A stretch of DNA of 64,000 bases, from positions 62,001 through 126,000 of the forward strand of contig NW_026853347.1 in assembly GCF_026571515.1 (NCBI RefSeq), read 5' to 3'. This stretch comes from Ruditapes philippinarum (Eukaryota). The notes beneath the pieces are model-generated. The model did no database searches. It was not told the DNA's origin and worked only from the letters and a program-made list of their open reading frames with translations. The translations under genes and the position numbers were made by a program. This document shows positions 51,150-62,152 of this stretch, piece after piece; position 1 is the first letter of the stretch, and every line of letters begins with the position of its first letter.

Positions 51150-51984
51150 ACATCAACTTACATTTTTAAGATTATTGTGAAAGCGTAAATATAAACTCAT
51201 GCATGGTGATTATATTTTATTCAAAGCAATCCATGCAGCAACATTGATGTCTGATTTAATATCGTAATGCATTTAATTAATCTTCATTTTTTCAATGATA
51301 TTTACGAACAATGTGTCCGCAATAACTCTCCGGTTACATCTTCTGTAACGTTACACTACGACGAAAATGGACAATAATGATTTTTATATTAACATCGTAA
51401 TCAATGTCAATTGAATTTCTTGTGAGCGATATGCTACGTCAAAAGTGTAGATATATGTTGATTAGCGTATTTGATTGTAAAATAGCAATCTCTGTTTAAA
51501 CGGCTGCTAAGTAAATGAACGATAGCTTGCACTTGACACAACTGTCCATGAAGGGGACCTGCAAAATATTTTTATTTAACAATTTTATACGTTATTTAAC
51601 CTTGATGTCCACTGTATTGAAAGAATATCAATGTAACTTGCATGACTTATGAAAATTCATCAACGTTAAAACCGGCCTGGTTCAACAGAATTTTAATATC
51701 GATTTTGAAGCAATTACTTATAATCTCTGACGCATTTCAAAGAAAAGTTAACACAGCGATTCTGATATTAAACATACACCAATATTAAACATGTTTATAT
51801 TAAATAATATCACATCCACTTCTGAACAATGAAATTGAGGGAGATAATGTGATTCAACTTAAAACATATGTCAATTACATATTTGGATTTTCGCCCCTAA
51901 AATACAATTCCCGTATTAAAGATATATTTTTGGAGAAAAAAAAACTTGAACAAAAAAGGAAATGTGATCTCAAAATTATTCGAA

Positions 51985-52110
51985 CACCCATATACACAAA
52001 ATATATTTTGACTGGTACATCACATCTAAAATTGAAAACCAATCACCTACCTATATTTCAATAATCGTCCACAACGTCTAGACGCCTTTCATAACGAGGG
52101 GTGCAAATAT
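51985..52110 (-). repeat. Third, inverted copy of the CCAAT/TCTAGACG module of the 30 kb/55 kb duplication
   Basis: Aligns to the reverse complement of 55568-55685 (aaccaatcac..cgtctagacg..ataacgaggg..caaat). Confidence 0.75.
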
Positions 52111-52689
52111 GTATATAAGATTTCGTCAGGGGGATTATTCTGTTATATGCAGTAAATTATAATTCTTACTTCTTTTATTCAATTCGTTCCTACGAATCGT
52201 ATCAAATTAGATATCAGACATAAGTACAAGATTTTTAACCAAATAAAGTAAAATACTGTTATAGCACATCTGTTCTATTCGCTAAACAATGAATGCAGTG
52301 CTCTTTTGCTTCTAGATATTTTAACACTACGACAATGTAAACGTGTACATGGGGATGTCAGGTTTTCTGGTGTCGAAAGATCTAATATAACAATAGATGC
52401 AATAGTCCATGCCATTGCAGGCAATATAGTTAAACCAACAATAAACAACAAGATATCAACTAGTGATTATTTTAATAAATACATAGTAACTGTAACGAAA
52501 CGTTTGTATCAGATAGTTGTTACTATTAGTTGAAGTTTGAGGAAATAATTTTTAGCAATAAGCTTGCATATTGTGTCTAGTTGTAATGTAATGATAAGTA
52601 ATACATAATTTCTAGACAGAATAAGACATGAAAGCAATAGCAATTTTGTTTTAATACATATTTCTGATATCAAGAGGACAAGTTTTACA

Positions 52690-52713
52690 TACTTACTTAC
52701 TTACTTACTTACT
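52690..52713. repeat. (ACTT)n microsatellite
   Basis: tacttacttacttacttacttact. Confidence 0.9.
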
Positions 52714-53765
52714 GGCGTTCGCTTAGTTTTACATGGGAAACTAATCTCATTGTCTTATATTTGTGTCTGTCTAGGAATTTTTCCTTTGATTTATTTGTTT
52801 CCTTTTTATGCTTAAGGTTATTTGTGTCGTAAAACTATTGTTGATGAAGGACAGATGTATTGCATAATTCATACTAAAGGCCAATAAAGCCAACAACATG
52901 CTAATATTCTTTTTCTCAAAAGTCTTTTTATTTTGTTGTGTCCTGTAACAGTTCTTCAGATAGTAAATGTAAATATCACACATGTTCTTAAATTATTCCA
53001 AAATAACATGCGAAACCATCTTTTGGGTTTAACGTGCCTTCGATTGTTTCAGGCTCATTTGAAATAATGGTAAAAAAGCAACATTTCTGATGATTTTTGA
53101 TGACCGAGGAAAATTATATTATTCTCAATATAACAGCATTAAACATCCTGTTGTTTTTTTTAAGTTCATTTTTACATGAAGATTAATATGTAATTCTAAA
53201 AAGGGAATAATTTAAAACGAACAAAACAACAGATTTTGAAACAAACCTTACTTACTTGCTTTAACATTTTGTTGTGGTTCTATACTGATTACGAGACAAC
53301 AATTAAGTACAAAATGCAACATCAACCGCACCTTCCAATAGGTCTCACTCTATTTTTCTTTTTTCTTTTGACTGATATCCATTAATATAAATTGTTTTAG
53401 ATGGTTCTTTCTCTCTTGCCTTCAAATATACAGGATACTGGTGTTCTATTTTCGTTAAACAAAGAATATATTTAACAAAAATAAATTATAGAAACAATGT
53501 GACATCGATGAAAGTTGGTGAAGTTTTTTCCAGACTTATTTGTCATCGATGCCATTTCTTGCTTCTGCAATTACTTCAAAAATCATACAAGTGTAACAAA
53601 TAAAGACTCTGCCGTCACGAATGGAAACCACTTTGTAATTTAAAAGAATGTCAAAACGAAGCAAACAGGAAGTAAGCGTCACAATAACATATTTAAATTG
53701 AAAAACTTTAATATCTAACGCCCAAACAATAAACTAGAAAATTAACGTTGGTGATCATCTTTATT

Positions 53766-53952
53766 TTGTCTTGTTAGAATCGAAATAATAGCGGTCTTAG
53801 CGGTGTTTATCGGCTATTTAACTACAGTTTTGCCGTTTTGTTGAAGAAAAATTTACTTCTCAGACTCACGGCCCTCGTGGTCTATTCCAACGCATCAAAA
53901 CTCAAACCTATGTTGATTAGTCGATAAATACCGCTAAGACCGATAAAATTTC
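53766..53952 (+). mobile_element. Palindromic element (family shared with 60947-61123)
   Basis: Arms cggtcttagcggtgtttatcggcta / tagtcgataaataccgctaagaccg. Confidence 0.8.
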
Positions 53953-54520
53953 TGAAGTATTTCATAAAACGCCCACAAACTCTCTGATTTTCGGCTAAAA
54001 CTGACTCCTGATAAGTCAATAATGTATACATTGGTGTAAGTCAGCGAAACAATGCCATGCTAAATCTATTAACAGGTTTATGCCAAAGGAATACTGCGAT
54101 ATTCGACAAATGATCAGAAAAATAATAGGTTATTCACACTTAACTGTTAGGACAATGCTTTTTAAAAAATTATCCTCGGCATTTTGTATCACTGGAGAGT
54201 TAATTATTTCTTGCGTTCCTCATATTCACTAATAACGTTACAATAATATACTTAAAGCCGTCATATCCGCTTTTTATGTGTGTTTTGTTTTTAATCTTAA
54301 AAAAGCGTTATGTTTAATAATATCAGACTGTTTTAACATATTTAAATTTGCTTGATCATTAACTGGTTTGAATCAAATCCAATGACTTTCTCATCATACA
54401 AAAAGAGCTTTTCCGACCGTACATTATCCATACCTAAGTTATAAGCCGTATCAAAAATGAGCCTAACCAATACTTATCGTTATCTTAGCACTTATCTCAC
54501 CTATTTACATATGAATTGAG

Positions 54521-56490
54521 ATAGATTTTCACAACATTTAAGAATATTTCCGTTCCTTTGATCAGAACTTTTTATTAAAACTTTCCTATACAACGCCTGG
54601 ACCATCCCTTACACTCTAATCTTTTTCTATGTCTTTGAATTAATTTTCATTTTTCATTACATTTCAGGTTTCTTTGAATCCTCTTTTGATTTATTTATAA
54701 AAAAATCCAGTTGTTTTGTTATTGTTTTTAATTTCCCGTGTTCCCAGTCATGTTTGCTGTCTTGCTGGGCTCCTCGCCGATTGTCCTGTGTTAAGGAATG
54801 CGTTCATTGAATTCCTACCTTCTTTGTTGACCTTGTCATTCATGTTTTAAAAATTTGTAGAACCTTATGATCACATGTTTTATACGTGTAAGTCCGATAT
54901 TATTTTCTTTGAAATCAACTGATGGTTTTGATTCAGTCACTTGTAACTCTTAGTCTAGTTATCTTTATATTAAGTACAAGTTCAAACTCCTACAAATTGC
55001 TTATTAGTCTAGCTCTTTAATTTATTTTGTATTATGAAATTAAAGATATCCTGACATTTTTTATTACATTCCAGACGTCACTTCGTAAGGTAAGGAATTA
55101 TTTCCTTAAACTTAAATTAAAATGAGTTGAACAAAATACAGGGATTTATTACAGACGAGGAATTTTTATTTTAGGAAAAACATATTTCTAGTCAGGTATT
55201 TTTAAAATATATCATGTACATGTAAATAACTATGTGTAGGTAGCTAGCGATTGGCGTGATGCTTTGCAAAAGTGTTTACTAGAACCTGAAATAGACGGGA
55301 ATCTGTATTAAAGCTGAAACGTCACTTTATGATTTTACAAAAGTCAAATTGCCGAGAACAAACCAAAAAAGCAATATTACATTTTATAAAATGGGCAGAT
55401 GAGCTATGTCAGCATTGTACTATATTTCATCTAAATAACTTATTCTTTACTGAAACTGTGAGCTTCTTACTTATTGAAAATTATTGGGCGGAATATTAGA
55501 TAAATAAATTGAGAATAATAATTTACTTGATTTTAGAATAGTCCGCACCGAGAAAAAGTATACACGGATTTGAATCCCTCGTTATTAGAGACGTCTAGAC
55601 GACTTGGATAATAATTGGAATATGGGATTGTGATTGGTTAAAAATGACATAATATAAAAATATATTTGCCAGTCTAAAAACCTATTTTTGTCCTAAATTT
55701 ATGAATTTTGTTAACATTTTTATTATTTACAGACCAATATATGCTTTATGGGAGAAATTAATGCATAATTTTATGTCAGTTTCTGTCCTTCAACATAGTT
55801 TTCTAACATTATTATTGTTTAGATTAATGCATTTTAAAGCTAATTATTATATATGACTTGAAAAATAAAACCGACTGATTACACCTATTATTCAAATAAC
55901 AATATTAATTACCCGGTTATAAATCTGTAACAACGTGTTTAAAATAAATCTAATTAAGAATACTGTTTCATCGGTTTCGAAAAAAAAATCATATATTCAA
56001 TTCAAATATAACAGCACTTTAAGGGTCAACATGCGTTGCCGTTGATTATAAAATTATACATGTATATCTAAATATTTCTATAATTACCAAAAGTGTGGCT
56101 GTTAGATTTCGATCCGCATATTATTTTAATATGATGAAGATATAATTTCATTGGTTCAACGTTTTCATTTATATATCAATTCATCTGCTCCACGATTACA
56201 TATTCATTAAGAAAGGCCACATTACAAGTATAAAAATATTTAGTTGAAATAAAGGTTTAAATGTAAGAAATATTGGTGATGAAAACACAGTATTTTAACC
56301 AAGAAAATGCCGTATAGAACATATTGATACGAATCTCCATGTTTTTCAGTAAACAAAATTTGAAAGTTTGTAGAAAGCAAGTAAATGATTTACTTTCGAT
56401 AAAAGTGCATGTGACAGAATTATTATTTATGAATGACTTTGAAAGAAAACCATAGACTTTTGTACAAAATCTTCCATCACTTCATGAATG
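54521..56490. repeat. Dispersed segmental duplication, copy 2
   Basis: Collinear with 29842-32060, same orientation, ~24.5 kb offset. Confidence 0.85.
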
Positions 56491-59400
56491 AATTTATAAT
56501 TTCAAGCAACTTTGATTACACTCCATCATAATTATGATTATTCACATTGTCTCAGTATATTGAGTAGGTCATTTTCCGAATAATTCTGGATAGTTATTAG
56601 ATTTTCTTATTAAACCATTCTCCCCAGTCTCAAATTTTAATGTTTTATATAGTTTTTCAGACACCTGATTATCCGTAATAACCCATTAATTACGTTCCAT
56701 TTTATTACGTCTGATGTTGTGTAACAAACGCCTGATCATGTCACACACGTAACAAGCTTGTGACAAATTATTCATGGAAGTTATGACTTCTTGACAGAAT
56801 AAAATACATCATATTTAATTTAGTACACAGAGGTCTCAGATACTTGGGATTAATGACGCTTTACTACCCCTTGAAGTCTCTTGGGTCTTATTAAAGGGAA
56901 TATATATTTTAGGATAGTTTGATTAAAATTGTCCTTGTAAGTGTAAGATCAAAATAAGGTTTGTATTGTTTCAGTTAACAAACATCTCAGATATCTGGTT
57001 CTGGGAATGGAAATATAATGATCTTTCAGTAAAACCCATCGGACAAATGGTTGTTGAAGAAAAGGTTATTTGAAAGATTGTTTAATGTTTATTTAAGATA
57101 AGATAAAGTTGAAATATAATAAATTTTTATTATAGTAAGGGAATAAGAAATATGTTGGGTTAAGAAAATTGATATAAATTTTAGAATGATAATACATGTA
57201 ATAAGTGAGAAAAGATTTTGAAAAAAATAAATTGTTTCTGGGAAATATATATACTTTTGACTACTTTATGAATAGGTTAAATGTTTTGAACTTTAATGAT
57301 TTTTGAATGATTTGTAGACGAGACCAAACCCAAAGGAAAGAATATGTATATGAATTACATTTCAGAAGAAGTAGAGGATATTGAATGAGTGTGAAGGCAT
57401 CACAGTAATACTGAATTTAATGAACAAGTTGAATAAAATTATATCATGGTGTGAACCTGCACGAATATAATATTTTATTTATCACATAACCAGCATAACA
57501 ACTTTTTACAGTGAAAAAGATCCTTTTTTCTTATTGACGCACCTAAAGAGTAACGCTAACATTAATTTTAGAGTGTCTTTACGCTACGTTTGAATAACGC
57601 AAAAGAAGTCAGGTCAAAATAAATGCACGGTCGTGCAATGCAGTTTTGTATTCGCAAAATCGGCATAGATATGTGATTATAATATTTATTTTGATGCACA
57701 GCATATTATAAATACCGCGCGATCCACTCTCCAAAAACAGTATACATCTGTTATAACATTTTAAAGTTGAATATCAAAACATCTTACTAATCATTGATTC
57801 CGAAATTACTGTACAAGTGCATATGTATATACAAAATATACACGTGTCTGTTACACTGAAACTTTTATGAAAATATCGTTTATATATTTATAATAACTTA
57901 CTTTTAATCAACATTAATGTCTTCGATACTTGTATATGTCACATTTTGGATTGTATAGATATAAAATTGTTCGTTTGAAACATTAATAAAAGTGTCAAAT
58001 ATATGTGACAGAAAATACGGTTGCATATGGTTGATCTGAGATACAACTTATTTTCCCTCATAGGACAAACCTGAAAGTATTCCTCAATTTGTGAATAAAA
58101 CAGGAAGTTTCTTTTTTATAAAATTGCAATGGTCTGTGTAAAAGTATTTCAAAATCTGTAAGCATTTCACAATGAGACAGGTTCCCGTTTCTTATAGATT
58201 TCAGTCACGTTTTAAGAAAACAGAATCATAGATAAAGTAAAAAGATTTCTTTAACATTAATTGGATAAATCAAGCCTAACAAGATTATTTTTTTCAAAAT
58301 GCTTTCAGAGTAATTCGTGTTCATGATCACGATCATTTCCTGTTAAGAAAACACTTGACCTGACAAGACGTGTCAAATGAGGAGGAGGAAACATTTCATC
58401 TCAACTAATTTGTGTGAGCTTGTTAAAATGGGAGTCAGTAAACTTGTTGTACTTAATTTTGCTTCCATTCACGTTCTTGCATTGTGTTACCAATATATGT
58501 CATATTAGATTTAACATTTCATAGCATGTCTAAGTGACGTATTAAGTTCACTAAGAACACGCTTTATAAATCAATGCCAGTCGTAAATAGGACAGTCTTC
58601 ATAATACGATATGTATAATCCGGTTACACCGTGTACATTGTCCATGCAAATATTTCAAAAAGAAAACATATGATTCAGCTGAAGAACAATATGTATATTT
58701 TATAATGCATGTATTGAATAAACTTAAAATAACCTGTACATGATAAGTCAGTTTATGCGCTTGAAAGGATTGCTTCCAACAAACTTTAAAGTGACAAAAA
58801 CATTGCCACATAATGTAATCTGGCTATAATCAATTCAAGAATATTCGTCGGAAATCATATACAGAGCTTACTTATTTACATAATAACAAATCTAACCCAA
58901 TCCTTATGTTACATATTAAGAAAATTGTCATTATATGTATTAACTGTAAGAAAACGAGTTATATTTTCTTACTTTTGTTAATGGTATCTTGATTTCTATG
59001 CGAGAAAATGTTTACAAATGCTAACTTTTCCCCTTGAATTTGGTATTTCCTTCAGTAAACTATTTAAATTGATATGCTCATTGGTTTATTTCAGTCCTTA
59101 TTGTATAACAAGGATTTAGAAGGCAGGATACAAATGAAGAAAATGAAAAGATAAAAAAGAAAAAAAATGAAATAACCTTATTCGAACGATATTCAAATTA
59201 AAAAATATGTAAATTTTTAAGCAGCTTTCAATTAGCGTCAAAGTTACATGATAAATGGTAAATTCATATATTTGCATATATTCGAAATCATAAAACAACT
59301 TTTACTTCTACAATTTCTCTTAATACACCATCAGTTAGTGTTTTTGTCAGAACATTCACCAAATATACATATCTGATCTTTTATAATTGGTGTGAAAATA

Positions 59401-60102
59401 CATATTCGATAGCAACCTACATGCAACTTTCACTGGTTACTTATTGCTTATTCATATGGGAATTCAAGTATTTAGTCTCATCATGATCATATACATTAGA
59501 AATTAATTGTTTTCCCCTAATAATACGTGTTTAAAAATAGAAAAAAAATGTTAAAAAACGATATCGCTAAACGGCTATTCAAATAACATCAAACAATTCC
59601 AAAACATTCGATATAATCAAATGATATGTCTAAAACTATATAATTGAAATAAGAACACAGCAAAAAAATAACACTTTCAATGTCGCTGGAAAGAATATTA
59701 TAGTTCAGTTAAACTTTGCTTGAATTGCCCGATATCTTGCTAAAATTAGCTAAGAAAAAATATCTTTAACGCAATAAAAACCAATAATGTAAAAAGGACA
59801 AATGACGACATATTTTTGTAATCAAATTGCTAATCTACATCAAGATCTATTGTCAGTTGTTTATATAAATTTCCATGAAGTGAAGTGCCAAATTAAGTGT
59901 GCTAAGAGATAAAACATCCACTATTTATACCGTATTGTCAAAAAATAAATAATAATAAAAATAATGAAAAAAAAAAACATTTTAAACAAATATAAAAAGT
60001 TATACAGTCTTTTATTTTATCAATATATTTACTGTTATCAAACGAGCACGTATATATAGTATGTAATCAACGTACATCACCTGATTTATTAACAAGCTAA
60101 AT

Positions 60103-60265
60103 CTGCGGATGCTTCTAAATTCAAGATCTCACCATTGTAATATGTCAATGTTGAAAACTGCAATTGCCGTCCACGTCCATTAACAGGATCAATATAACCG
60201 TGCTCCAACATTATCAAATTTGTTTGTTTGTATATTTTTTGGGCTCTGCTTTTTCTATTTCAAAT
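60103..60265 (+). mobile_element. Family B repeat, diverged
   Basis: ctgcggatgcttctaaattcaagatctcaccatt..aatgttgaa..cgtccattaacaggatcaat..aaccgtgc matches 42809-43010 with an internal deletion. Confidence 0.7.
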
Positions 60266-60682
60266 AATGCAGTTATTTATCATATTAATTTTTCTTTATT
60301 TTCAAATCAATATCATAGCGACTTAGTTATTTTAAGAGCTTAATCATTTATAAATACATACGATACTTAGCTTATGTTAAATGGAAGGACATGTATACCT
60401 TGTCAACAAAGTATGAGCCGTCAAAACGTATCTGTAGAACATCTAGCTGTTAATTTTTGAAAATCAGACAGGATTATCGACTGTTTACGCCGTTGCTAGA
60501 AAACCCCCATGTAAGACAAGTCGAGTGTTTTAAATGACGTTATGAATGAATTGCGCTCTTAGGATGTTGTCATTGTGCCGTTATGAATGAAGTTGTATTT
60601 TCATACTCTATTTTAAAAAAGTGCTAAAATGAAAATATTACTTTAGTAATTTTTGTTCGTAATATCATTAATTTGTAACATG

Positions 60683-60830
60683 CAAGACAATGAATCAAAC
60701 ACCGGCTGTCGTCATAGACAGGAATATCTAGCCGTCGGGTAATTGTTTAGCGGAAACTCGACCAAGCCTCGTTACCACCGTAAACAGTTACCCTCGAGCT
60801 AGATATTCCGGCAGCCGTTGTAAGTTTCTT
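60683..60830. mobile_element. Palindromic element with CTCG-hairpin-CTCG centre
   Basis: Arms cggctg..ggaatatctagc..gggtaattgttta / taaacagttaccc..gctagatattcc..cagccg; centre aaCTCGaccaagcCTCGtt (60757-60771). Confidence 0.8.
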
Positions 60831-60946
60831 AAAGTATTTCACATACAATAACAAAATTGAATATGCTGTTGATCATATCATTTGCTAAACTTACAATGAA
60901 AGCAAATAAGGAACTTAATGTTATCGAACAATTTAAAAAGTAAAAA

Positions 60947-61123
60947 AAATAATATCGGTTTCAGATGTGTTAATCGGCTATTTAACATCGATTTGTAGTT
61001 TTGATGTGTAAGAATTCGACGTAGGTCTTGGTTGTTAAATGTTTCTATTAAAACGACAAAACCGGTGTTATCTAGCCGATAAACACCGCTCAGACCGATA
61101 TTATTTCGATTCTAACAAGTCAA
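60947..61123 (-). mobile_element. Palindromic element, inverted copy of the 53766-53952 family
   Basis: tagccgataaacaccgctcagaccgatattatttcgattctaacaagtcaa is the near-exact reverse complement of 53766-53816. Confidence 0.8.
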
Positions 61124-61154
61124 AAACATGTGAGATCATTTGCAGTGTTAGAAT

Positions 61155-62152
61155 ATAGGGTTAACGCACGTTTTTCCGTGTTATAACGTCTGCAGAGTCT
61201 TAAAGAACGGTTGGTGCCCGAGCCCGGTAGGGCGAGGGCTCCAACAGTTCTGAGGGACTCTGCAGACTTTATAACACGAAATAAACGTGCGTTGACGCTA
61301 TTATAGCATAACATTTTGAAAAATTCGTTATGTATAGTTAATACAAAACACAATTACATAAAATTCTTGTGCTTGGACGGTATTTATCCAATTCTACATG
61401 TTTTAAGTATGCGTTTTATTTTTCCGGGGCCAACAACTTGGAAAATTCTCAGAACCGAACGAAATTTTGAATTTTAATTGATTTAACAAAGCTTGACATT
61501 GGAGATTTATTATCTCAAGAAAAAAACAACGTTACATTACTCTACCCTCTACCCAAGACAAAACATGACCCTCAGAAATTCTTAGAATGACTTCAGATTG
61601 ACGGTAGAAAAAGATCAGTGACATCAAAATCGGTTTTTTTTTTCAAGCTAACAAGTTTATAAAAAGAAATCAGGCACTAAACATTATTCTCTCAAAGAAA
61701 TATAAAGAACATTTATCAACATTAACATAAATAAAACAACATTTTCTCATATTCATTTTGTGTTATCTGGTTTTGTAAGTTAATCGGAGTGTTAAACTGA
61801 ATGACAGGTACTGTATTTGTTTACATTGACAACTGTTCGTTTCTTAGAAAGGGCGACAACCAAGATTAGCAGCGATGTCTATACGCCGTATTTCCGGCAT
61901 AGTTACTTGAATGCTGCTCGTCGTTATGCGATTGAGGCCCTCGGAATCAATAATTTCAATATAACAAGAGCGCACGACTCTTTGGCAAACAGGCCAAAAC
62001 GTCAATTTTTTTGTTTGTTTACTGGGCCCTGTATGTATTGCGCATAGTTGAAACCGGGCTATAACAAGAGCGCGTGACTATGTTAACACATGGTTTTGGT
62101 CCCGTTATAACATGGGCAAAATAGGGGAAAATAGCCGATTTTATGCTATAAT
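61155..62152. mobile_element. ~1-kb non-autonomous element with a terminal ~147-bp palindrome
   Basis: Palindrome 61155-61301 centred on gccCGAGcccggtagggCGAGggc; 12-bp inverted pair attatagcataa (61300-61311) / ttatgctataat (62141-62152); tataacaagagcgc repeated at 61960 and 62060. Confidence 0.7.

Noticed and set aside
56840-57400. Degenerate L1/Tx1 3' fragment (WFWEW resembles HLFWEC)
   Set aside because: Single weak motif in very AT-rich sequence with many stops.
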